Shown here: one piece after another, positions 20,584-27,853 of the stretch
Layout of the letters: every line of letters starts with the position of its first letter
How positions within the stretch are numbered: the stretch's first letter is position 1
NCBI GenBank assembly: GCA_964539385.1
Contig: CAZIJC010000007.1
Location: forward strand, 1,193 to 65,192
From: an uncultured Anaerolineales bacterium
Lineage (GTDB): Bacteria; Planctomycetota; Phycisphaerae; FEN-1346
Direction of reading: 5' to 3'
DNA: 64,000 nt
The notes under the pieces: model-generated
Told to the model about the DNA's origin: nothing
The model's input: the letters and a program-made list of their open reading frames with translations, nothing else
Database searches by the model: none
Position numbers and translations under genes: made by a program

Positions 20584-20619
20584 GGCGCGGCCCGTACGGG
20601 CCGCGCCGTCCGTACGGAC
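20584..20619. repeat. family-2 palindromes built on CCGTACGG (GGCGCGGCCCGTACGGGCCGCGCC and GTCCGTACGGAC)
   Basis: Read directly from the sequence. Lies between the zinc-ribbon gene start and the histidine kinase stop. Confidence 0.75.
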
Positions 20620-20665
20620 CGCGCTTCCGCTTTTCGTCAGCCGGGGCGAAGTTGACAAATCAGCA

Positions 20666-22354
20666 CTAGGTTTGCCCTTCACCTTGGGTGGTACCGTCGT
20701 CGGCTGCCTCGGCCGCCGCAACGTCTTCCGGGGTCCGGCCTTCGGCGTTGCTCGAATCGACCGGCAGGACCACCGTGAAGGTCGATCCGCTGCCGATCTC
20801 GCTCTCGACCGACACGGTTCCGCCGAGCAGGCCCGTCAGTTCTTTCACGATCGACAGTCCCAACCCCGTACCACGATACCGTCTTGTGTAGCCGGAGTCC
20901 AGTTGTGTAAACCGTTGAAACACGCGAAGTTGCTGGTCGCGTCCGATGCCGGGCCCGGTGTCGATGACCGCAAGCGCCACCCGCTCGTCCTGGACGGGCC
21001 GGATTTTGAGCCGGACCTCGCCTTCCTCGGTGAACTTGATGGCGTTCGACAGGAGGTTGTACAGGATTTGCTGCACCTTGGTCGGGTCGGTGGTCATGAC
21101 GGGGGTCTCGGGATCGACCTCGTAGGCGAGGTTCAGGCCGCTCTCGGGTAGCATCGGCCGGACCATGTTGCAGACAACCTCGGCAAGGTCGCGGGGGGCG
21201 GTCTTGGCGCAGCGGACCTGGAGCCGGCCGGACTCGATCTGTGCCAGGTCGAGCAGGTCGTCGATCAGTTCGAGCAACATGCGCCCGCTCGTCAGGATGT
21301 TCTCGGTGTAGCGGCTGAGTTTGGCCTCGTCCTTGACGGCCGCCGAATCGCTCAGGACTTGGGCGAAGCCGATGATCGAGTTCAGCGGCGTGCGGAGTTC
21401 GTGGCTCATGGTTGTGACGAACTTGGTCTTGACCTGGTTGGTCTCGAACAGGGCGACGTTGGCTTTGGCGAGTTCGTCGAGTTTGGCGTCGCGGGTTTCG
21501 GTGGCGGCCCGCAGGTCCGCCTGGGCCTTCGAGAGTTCGTCGAGCATGTGGTTGAGGGCGTCGCTGAGGACCTCGAGTTCGTTGCCGGTGTCGATCTCGC
21601 TTCGGACCTGAAGGTCGCCCTCGCTGACACGGTCGGCCACGTCCCTGAGATGCCGGACCGGCCGCACCACCATGTAGCGGAACAGGGCGCCGAAGAGGAC
21701 CATCGACACGATGACGACCAGGAGCGCGGCCGCAATGAGGGTAAGCCGGTTGGCCAGGAGCGTGTCGAGGCGATCTTTGACGTCGAGTTCCACGACGATG
21801 GTCCCGATGAGTTCATCCTTTTGGTACTCGTTCTGGTGACAGTCGAGGCACTCGCCCTCGGTGCAACGGAGGGCTTGGGCATAGAGAAACGATTGGCCGA
21901 CCGTCAGCCAGCGGCTCACCTGCTCAGGATGATTCAGGAAGACGTCGATGGCTTGGGCCTCGAAGCCGGCCAGCGAGGCGGGGGGCCGCTGGCGCTGGCC
22001 CGGTTCGGCCGGGGCGATCTTGATCAGCCGTGCCCCTTTCTCGCCTTTGGCTTTGCCGAAATGTCGGAGCAACTCGGCTCGCTTGGCTGCGAGTTGCCTG
22101 GCCTCGTCCGACGGCTTGGCGCCGGGCGGCTGCGTGGCGGCAGCCGGCGGCGCCGCGAAGGCGATGGCGTGGATGTTCTGGAGATACGCCCGGGCCGTCG
22201 TCCGGGCGCGGCCGTGGTCGCCGGAGCCCGCGGAGCGTTCCATCTGCCACCACGGCCACCCGAGGCACGCGGCGACGGTCAGGAAAATCAGCAGGCCGAA
22301 GATGAGGCGGCTCTTGCGCTCGAGCGTGGTTCGTGAGGCTTGTCGCTTCGCCAT
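20666..22354 (-). CDS. sensor histidine kinase: periplasmic CXXCH (Tll0287/DUF3365-like) domain, HAMP, HisKA, HATPase_c
   Basis: Two TM helices flank a periplasmic domain that ends ...LRCTEGECLDCHQNEY. Followed by a HAMP region, the H-box MSHELRTPLN, and N/G boxes (LLSNAIKFT, DTGPGI, GTGLGL). Confidence 0.9.
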   Translation of the reverse strand: MAKRQASRTTLERKSRLIFGLLIFLTVAACLGWPWWQMERSAGSGDHGRARTTARAYLQNIHAIAFAAPPAAATQPPGAKPSDEARQLAAKRAELLRHFGKAKGEKGARLIKIAPAEPGQRQRPPASLAGFEAQAIDVFLNHPEQVSRWLTVGQSFLYAQALRCTEGECLDCHQNEYQKDELIGTIVVELDVKDRLDTLLANRLTLIAAALLVVIVSMVLFGALFRYMVVRPVRHLRDVADRVSEGDLQVRSEIDTGNELEVLSDALNHMLDELSKAQADLRAATETRDAKLDELAKANVALFETNQVKTKFVTTMSHELRTPLNSIIGFAQVLSDSAAVKDEAKLSRYTENILTSGRMLLELIDDLLDLAQIESGRLQVRCAKTAPRDLAEVVCNMVRPMLPESGLNLAYEVDPETPVMTTDPTKVQQILYNLLSNAIKFTEEGEVRLKIRPVQDERVALAVIDTGPGIGRDQQLRVFQRFTQLDSGYTRRYRGTGLGLSIVKELTGLLGGTVSVESEIGSGSTFTVVLPVDSSNAEGRTPEDVAAAEAADDGTTQGEGQT

Positions 22355-22416
22355 ATCGGATTGTCCGCGACTAAGGCGGGTTCCTCAACTTTGGGCAGCG
22401 GGCCGCCGGTTTCATG

Positions 22417-22438
22417 GCGCGACCCGTACGGGCCGCGC
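22417..22438. repeat. family-2 palindrome GCGCGACCCGTACGGGCCGCGC
   Basis: Lies between the histidine kinase start and the dapA stop. Confidence 0.75.
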
Positions 22439-22457
22439 GAAGCCCGGGTCGGTCCGC

Positions 22458-23327
22458 TCAGAGCAGGCCGTAGTCTGTCATCGCCTGCCGGAGCGTATCG
22501 GCTGCGGCCGGCGAGAGGTCGGTCAGTGGAAGCCGCTTCTCGTCCGACTCCAGCAGGCCCGTCCACGCCATCGCCGTCTTGATGGGAATCGGATTGGTCT
22601 CGACGAACATGGCTCGGCACAGGGGGAAGAGTTTCCGGTGAGCCTGCTCGGCGGTTACCACGTTGCCGGCGAGCATCGCGTCGGTCAGCGTCTTGACGTC
22701 CTTCGGCACGAGGTTGGCCACCACGCTGACGACCCCTTTGGCGCCGATGGCCATCAGCGGAAGCGTCAGGCTGTCGTCGCCCGACAGGACCGTGAGATCG
22801 CACAGCGAGAGGATCCGGCTCGCCTGGTCCATCGAGCCGGTGGACTCCTTGATGGCGACAACCTGCTCGAGTTCGGCGAGCCGGGCCACCGTCTCGGGCG
22901 TCATCGAGATGCCCGTCCGCGACGGGACGTTGTAGAGGACGAGCGGCAAATCGCACGTCTCGGCGATCTCGGCGAAGTGCCGGTATAGGCCTTCCTGGGT
23001 GGGCTTGTTGTAGTAGGGGCACACCTGGAGCGAGGCATCGGCGCCGACCTGGCGAGCGAAGCAGGTGAGTTCGACGGCCTCGGCGGTGGCGTTTCCGCCC
23101 GTCCCGGCGATGACGGGGATGCGGCCGTTGGCGCGCTCGACCACCGTCTCGATGATTCGCTTGTGCTCGTCCATGTCGACGGTCGGGCTCTCGCCGGTCG
23201 TCCCGACGGGGACGAGGCCATCGGTGCCCTGCTCGACGTGCCAGTCCACGAGCCGCTCGATGGCCGCGTAATCGACTTGGCCGCCGGCCAGCGGCGTGAC
23301 GAGAGCGACAAGCGTTCCCCTGAACAT
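22458..23327 (-). CDS. dapA: 4-hydroxy-tetrahydrodipicolinate synthase
   Basis: 3' 289 codons of ORF 22458..24215, starting at MFRGTLVALVTP. GTTGES, YYNKP and the active-site Lys in VAIKES. Confidence 0.95.
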   Translation of the reverse strand: MFRGTLVALVTPLAGGQVDYAAIERLVDWHVEQGTDGLVPVGTTGESPTVDMDEHKRIIETVVERANGRIPVIAGTGGNATAEAVELTCFARQVGADASLQVCPYYNKPTQEGLYRHFAEIAETCDLPLVLYNVPSRTGISMTPETVARLAELEQVVAIKESTGSMDQASRILSLCDLTVLSGDDSLTLPLMAIGAKGVVSVVANLVPKDVKTLTDAMLAGNVVTAEQAHRKLFPLCRAMFVETNPIPIKTAMAWTGLLESDEKRLPLTDLSPAAADTLRQAMTDYGLL

Positions 23328-23364
23328 GCATTTCTCCCGTGCCTGCGGTCCTCTGTAAGAGTCC

Positions 23365-23392
23365 ATTTTACCAGTCGGCGACGTGATGTCCA
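23365..23392 (-). promoter_or_regulatory. candidate promoter for dapA (TGGACA-N16-TAAAAT, minus strand)
   Basis: Hexamers read on the reverse complement, about 40 nt upstream of the dapA ATG at 23327. Confidence 0.45.
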
Positions 23393-23494
23393 GACGTTGC
23401 GACGTGCTGCGTGCGGTGAGCGCCTGCGCCAACTCGGTTCCCGCCGATGGTCGGCGGCGTGTGTCCTCCTGTGGCGCGCCAAGCCTCCGGGTCG

Positions 23495-24703
23495 TCAGCC
23501 GCCGGTCTGATCGGGCGACGCTGGTGGCGGCACGCGCGGCGCAACCGGCGCCGGGGGCTTCCTGAACACCTCGTTCCAGTCGAGCCGCCCCGTGGCCTGC
23601 ATCAGCACGAAGAGCGTGATGATGGCCACAACGACGATCGTCAGGCCGGTCCAGCCGACCCAGAAGAAAGCGTAACTGAAGCCCACCAGGTACACCAGTT
23701 GCGCCAGGCCCGCGTACACGACCGCGAACTTGGCCCCTGCCACCAGCCGCATGTACGAGACCACCAGAAACGCGCTGGTGACCGCGCAGATCCAGAACGC
23801 GTAATGGACGTCGATCTTGTCCACCAGATACGCCATCAGGATGTGGAACGCGAAGAACCCCGCCGAGATGAACAGGTAGTGCATCGGATGGAGCGGAATC
23901 TTCTTCAGGATCACGATCGTGAACATCACGGTGAAGAAGAAGAACAGGCTGACGGGCGCGTACAGCGCCATGCGTGCGGCAATGGGCCCGGCGTTGGTGC
24001 GGGCCGGCATCTCGATGCCGATCCGCTGGCGGGTGCTGCGGTTCTCGAACTTCCAGACGGCCTTCATGCCGCCCTCGATCTGTTGGGCCGGGTCCGGCGT
24101 CGGGCTGGCCGAGCCTTTCGGATAGTCGATCTCGGCGAAGTTCGTCGTGGCGGTCAGCAAGAGTTTCTTTACCATGGTGGTTTCGTCGCTGCCGTGCGCC
24201 AGGTCGTACTCCCACCGGTCGCGCCCTTGCGTCCGGTAGGTGACAACCACCGTGTGCTCCTGTCCGGCCGGCAGAGGGATGCTCAGTTGGTCGCCGGTCT
24301 TGATCTGGCCGACCTCGAGCGGCTCGCTGTCGAACGTCACTGCCAGGTTCTCGAAGACGCGTGCCTTGCTCGGGAGTTGGAAGGTGAAGGTGGCCGGCGC
24401 GGGTCGGTTCGTCGGCCGGCCGACTTTGTACGTGCCGGTAAACTCGGCCGTGTAGGTGCTGAACCAGAGGAGGCCCATGTACCGGTCCTGGTGGTGGAAG
24501 TCTACGGAGATCTCCGTCTCGTCAGGGTCGGGCCGGGGCGCCGGCTGCACCAGCCCGGCCGGGCCCCATCGGGCGTCCACTTCGGGGCTCAACTCGTCGC
24601 GCTGGTTTTCGGTGCGGATGTAAACCGTGCCACCCAGGATCGCCCAGGCGATGCTGACCATCGTCAAGATCACCACGATCATAAAGAAACGGAAGCCTGT
24701 CAT
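23495..24703 (-). CDS. CreD-family inner membrane protein
   Basis: ORF 23495..24778 trimmed to Met26 (start uncertain). N-terminal TM, large periplasmic region, C-terminal multi-TM block with LHPMHYLFI (compare E. coli CreD LHPMQYLLV). Confidence 0.8.
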   Translation of the reverse strand: MTGFRFFMIVVILTMVSIAWAILGGTVYIRTENQRDELSPEVDARWGPAGLVQPAPRPDPDETEISVDFHHQDRYMGLLWFSTYTAEFTGTYKVGRPTNRPAPATFTFQLPSKARVFENLAVTFDSEPLEVGQIKTGDQLSIPLPAGQEHTVVVTYRTQGRDRWEYDLAHGSDETTMVKKLLLTATTNFAEIDYPKGSASPTPDPAQQIEGGMKAVWKFENRSTRQRIGIEMPARTNAGPIAARMALYAPVSLFFFFTVMFTIVILKKIPLHPMHYLFISAGFFAFHILMAYLVDKIDVHYAFWICAVTSAFLVVSYMRLVAGAKFAVVYAGLAQLVYLVGFSYAFFWVGWTGLTIVVVAIITLFVLMQATGRLDWNEVFRKPPAPVAPRVPPPASPDQTGG

Positions 24704-24824
24704 GACCGACTCCTTCCTGTGCGGGCCGGCATCAAGAGCCGACCGTGCGGCGGACGTGGCAGTGGGCTTGTCGGGCAATCAACACGCTGCCTGTACGAAA
24801 GAGCGTTCATCTGCAGCAAGCCCT

Positions 24825-25439
24825 TTACTCGTCTGATCCGTTGCAGGGAACGGGTTTGCCACCCTTTATGACGACGTCCTTTCGCTGGTAGACGGCCTTG
24901 CCTCTGAGTGTGGTCGCCGGGTTTCTGACGCCGAAGGTATGCGTGCGGCCACCGCCGGCGTCGCCGGCACTACTTCTCTCGTACTTCCAGTCGGACTTTT
25001 CAAGGAAGACCACGTCCACGCGCCAGATTACCACGTGCCGTCCGGGCTCCAGTGTCTCAGTTGGATCGACCAGGTATCGCCACACGATGTACCATCCCGG
25101 ATGATCGTAGTGAGACTGGATAGCCCAGGGGCGTTTGCTGGCCTTGCTCTCAAGGCACTCCGTGGGCTTCGGCTTTTTGCCGGAACCTCGCCGCTTCAGG
25201 TCGGGAAACCGTTGCTGGGCGGTATCGGTGTGCTTGGGCTTCTCGTAACTGCTCACCGAATCGAGCGCCCTGGTTCCGTAAATGCCCACGATGGCGCTGA
25301 AAACATTGGCCTGCTCGTAGTAGATGTCGATGAGTTCAACCAGTTCTCGCTCGATGTACTCCACGGCACGTCGAATAGCGGCGCAGTCCAACCCGGGAGG
25401 GAGGGGCACGGTGGCGTCGAAGTCATTTCTGCGCGCCAT
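24825..25439 (-). CDS. putative type II restriction endonuclease (PD-ExK fold candidate)
   Basis: 204 aa. Overlaps the 3' end of the methyltransferase gene by 17 nt. Carries P79-D80, then 16 residues, then E97-S-K99 (RFPDLKRRG...ECLESK). Lower-GC codon usage. Confidence 0.6.
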   Translation of the reverse strand: MARRNDFDATVPLPPGLDCAAIRRAVEYIERELVELIDIYYEQANVFSAIVGIYGTRALDSVSSYEKPKHTDTAQQRFPDLKRRGSGKKPKPTECLESKASKRPWAIQSHYDHPGWYIVWRYLVDPTETLEPGRHVVIWRVDVVFLEKSDWKYERSSAGDAGGGRTHTFGVRNPATTLRGKAVYQRKDVVIKGGKPVPCNGSDE

Positions 25440-26388
25440 TGCCGTTGCTCTCCTTGGGCGTGTACCGGGTCAGCGCCGGGACGGCCTGCCTGGCCATCTC
25501 GAAGTACTCCGGGTTGCGTTCGAGCCCGATACTGCTCAGTCCGCACGCGCACGCCGCTGCAATGGTTGAGCCCGACCCCATGAAGGGGTCCAGGATGACT
25601 CCTTCTCCGAAGGGGAGAGCGGCCCGCACGATCTGCCGCAGGAAAGCCTGCGGCTTGAGGGAGGGATGGGGCGCAAGTTTGCGTTCCCGGCCGCGAGCCG
25701 GGGACGCGTAGATGAGATCCTTGAACGGTTCCTGGTCCGAGATTCGCCGCAGGCCGCCGGTTTTCCACTTCCGCAGGTTGTCCTGGACGCGGCCTTCACA
25801 AGGCTTGCGGAACAGACCCCACGGCTCCCAACACGATTTGGGCATGACGGTTATGTCGCGGAACTCCTCGTGCGCGTTCTTGGGCCGGTCACCCCCGCGC
25901 AGCGTGTGCACGACACGGATGATCTCGCCCCGCTTCTCGAAGCCTGCGGCCACAAAAGGCTCGTACACCAGATAGGAGACCAGCGGGTTCGTGGCGATGA
26001 ACACGTGCGCGCCGGGAACCAGGACCGGCATCAAGCCTTCCGCCAGGCGCCGGAAAAACTCGCGGAGGTCTTTTCGATGTTTCTCATTGAGGACCGTGAA
26101 GCGGGGGAGCGGCCGTCGTTTACAGCCGTCAAAAGACGGCGGGATGCGCCACACGCCGCCGTTGCCGTTCCGCATCTTTTCGAGTTGGTCCGGCGTGTAC
26201 TCAAGCAGCCCGTAAGGAGGGTCCGTTACGACGGCATGGACGGAACACGGATCGGCCTGCGCAAGCCACTCGAAGGCGTCTGCCAAATAAATCGAATACG
26301 TCTTGGCGTCGCCGTCACCGTGTGCGTCGAACAACGTCCGCCTGCTGAGTTTCCTCGTGACCTTTCTGATCTGTCTGGCCAGCGGCAT
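25423..26388 (-). CDS. DNA methyltransferase, beta-class amino-MTase (N6-adenine or N4-cytosine)
   Basis: TDPPYG (motif IV) at about aa 55-60 and LDPFMGSGST (motif I) near the C-terminus. This is the beta permutation. Confidence 0.9.
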   Translation of the reverse strand: MPLARQIRKVTRKLSRRTLFDAHGDGDAKTYSIYLADAFEWLAQADPCSVHAVVTDPPYGLLEYTPDQLEKMRNGNGGVWRIPPSFDGCKRRPLPRFTVLNEKHRKDLREFFRRLAEGLMPVLVPGAHVFIATNPLVSYLVYEPFVAAGFEKRGEIIRVVHTLRGGDRPKNAHEEFRDITVMPKSCWEPWGLFRKPCEGRVQDNLRKWKTGGLRRISDQEPFKDLIYASPARGRERKLAPHPSLKPQAFLRQIVRAALPFGEGVILDPFMGSGSTIAAACACGLSSIGLERNPEYFEMARQAVPALTRYTPKESNGNGAQK

Positions 26389-26487
26389 GAGAAATTCCTA
26401 CTTGTGCGGCCGTGGAAGTGCGTAGCACCACCGTATTGTTGCGCCTACCTCGCCCGAAATCCAGTCCTCGCGTGGCGGATCCTGCAT

Positions 26488-26615
26488 TAGAGCGTTTTAA
26501 CGTTGCGCGTGCACTGACTGGCGCGGTGGGCAATCTTGCCCACCGCGTCCAGGCGGCCCTGCAATCGCGGCGGGCAGGATTGCCCGTCGCGCTCACCCAA
26601 TCCTAAAACGCTCTA
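26488..26615. repeat. composite palindromic element: a perfect 12-bp inverted repeat (TAGAGCGTTTTA / TAAAACGCTCTA) enclosing two REP-like hairpins
   Basis: Arms at 26488-26499 and 26604-26615. The right arm contains the pdxJ stop codon. Confidence 0.75.
26521..26591. repeat. two family-1-like palindromes (GCGCGGTGGGCAA-TC-TTGCCCACCGCG and CGCGGCGGGCA-GGAT-TGCCCGTCGCG)
   Basis: Read directly from the sequence. Both lie inside a longer inverted-repeat element next to the pdxJ stop. Confidence 0.8.
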
Positions 26616-27359
26616 GGCGAGCGCCGATTCAATCAGGCGCACCATCTCGCGGACCGCTTCACGCAGACCGACGAAGACGGCGCGGCTGACGATACTGTGG
26701 CCGATGTTGAGTTCTTCCAGTTCTGCGATGGCGGCCACGGGGCGAACGTTCGTGTAGTTCAGGCCGTGACCCGCGTGGACGGTGAGGCCCAGTTTCTGGG
26801 CCTGCTTCGCGCCGGCGACAACGCGGGCCAGTTGCCGGTCGCGCTGGGCGCCTTCCGGGGCATTGGCATACTCCCCTGTGTGGAACTCAACCGCCTCGGC
26901 CCCCGTGCGGGCGGCCGCTTCGATCTCCTCAGGGGTTGCATCGATGAAGTGGCTGACGACGATGCCCGATTCCTGAAGCCGCTTGACGGCCGCCGTGATC
27001 TTCTCTTCCTGGGCGGCCACGGCCAGTCCGCCCTCGGTCGTCAGTTCCTGGCGGCCTTCGGGTACGAGCGTGGCCTGGTTGGGCCGGACGCGGCAGGCGA
27101 CGTCGATCATCGCATCGGTGGCGGCCATTTCGAGGTTCAGTTTAACCTGGACCGTTTGGCGCAGGATGTCGAGATCGCGGTCCTGGATATGGCGTCGGTC
27201 TTCGCGCAGATGGATGGTGATGCAGGCGGCCCCACCGAGTTCGGCCTCTGCGGCCGCCCAGACGGGCTCCGGCTCGGCGCCGCCACGGGCCTGGCGGATC
27301 GTGGCGACGTGATCGATGTTCACGCCCAGGTGTGGCATGGCGTCTTCCCCCGCGGGCAC
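26613..27359 (-). CDS. pdxJ: pyridoxine 5'-phosphate synthase
   Basis: [26 protein letters not shown], and HAGHGL near the C-terminus. The start could be Met8 (27338) instead. Confidence 0.95.
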   Translation of the reverse strand: MPAGEDAMPHLGVNIDHVATIRQARGGAEPEPVWAAAEAELGGAACITIHLREDRRHIQDRDLDILRQTVQVKLNLEMAATDAMIDVACRVRPNQATLVPEGRQELTTEGGLAVAAQEEKITAAVKRLQESGIVVSHFIDATPEEIEAAARTGAEAVEFHTGEYANAPEGAQRDRQLARVVAGAKQAQKLGLTVHAGHGLNYTNVRPVAAIAELEELNIGHSIVSRAVFVGLREAVREMVRLIESALA

Positions 27360-27375
27360 GGCAACGCACCGGGCA

Positions 27376-27636
27376 TCAGTCCCGGTGATATCCCAGTTCC
27401 TCCAGCACGCCGAGCAGTTCGGTGATCGAGATGCGTTTCAGGCCATGTTCCATCTTGAAGACGTCGATGGCCCACAGGAGTTCCTTGGCGGCGGGAAGGA
27501 CGATATCAATGTCTTCGGGCCTTGGAAACTGACGGCGCTCCAGCACCGCCGGGCTGACGCCACGAACCATGCCACCAACGACCTGGCGGCGGTCTACGAA
27601 GGTCTTACCGATGGCTATTCCTCCTCCACGAAGCAT
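27376..27636 (-). CDS. hypothetical protein (about 86 aa; start uncertain)
   Basis: 3' part of ORF 27376..27822, starting at MLRGGG. The upstream part of that ORF overlaps a better-supported small ORF in another frame. No family recognised. Confidence 0.4.
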   Translation of the reverse strand: MLRGGGIAIGKTFVDRRQVVGGMVRGVSPAVLERRQFPRPEDIDIVLPAAKELLWAIDVFKMEHGLKRISITELLGVLEELGYHRD

Positions 27637-27673
27637 CCCCCGCTGACGTGCCGGACGGTCGTTCACTACCGTC

Positions 27674-27754
27674 TTACTGTCTCTTGTGCCGTCGTTTCCA
27701 GCGCATGCGTCTTTTCTTACTGCCCACTTTGCGTCGTCGTCGCTGTTTGGCCAC
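27674..27754 (-). CDS. unannotated 26-aa ultra-basic peptide MAKQRRRRKVGSKKRRMRWKRRHKRQ (small ribosome-associated-protein-like)
   Basis: My own translation; the ORF is below the track's size cut-off. GTG start with GGAGG 7 nt upstream and a TTGACA-N17-TCTAAA promoter about 60 nt upstream. 16 of 26 residues are K or R. Confidence 0.5.
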   Translation of the reverse strand: MAKQRRRRKVGSKKRRMRWKRRHKRQ

Positions 27755-27810
27755 GCATTCACCTCCAACCTACAGGTTAACGCCAATCGAATGACTCGCT
27801 GACGAACCTG

Positions 27811-27839
27811 TTTAGAGCACAAAGCGGACCGAATGTCAA
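27811..27839 (-). promoter_or_regulatory. candidate promoter for the 26-aa basic ORF (TTGACA-N17-TCTAAA, minus strand)
   Basis: A perfect -35 just downstream of the dprA stop, with a weaker -10. About 57 nt upstream of the GTG at 27754. Confidence 0.4.
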
Positions 27840-27853
27840 TGACGTTGACCGGC

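Noticed and set aside
20551-20661. An 8-bp inverted repeat, TTTGTCAA / TTGACAAA, bracketing the family-2 palindromes as a second composite element like 26488-26615.
   Set aside because: The arms are short enough to arise by chance. Both also read as -35-like hexamers for the divergent or adjacent genes, so I kept only the inner palindromes as features.
24800-26496. An 8-bp direct repeat, AGAGCGTT (24800-24807 and 26489-26496), flanking the R-M module as a possible target-site duplication.
   Set aside because: An 8-mer match across 64 kb is plausible by chance. No transposase, integrase or terminal inverted repeats accompany it. It is mentioned only as something to re-examine by comparative alignment.
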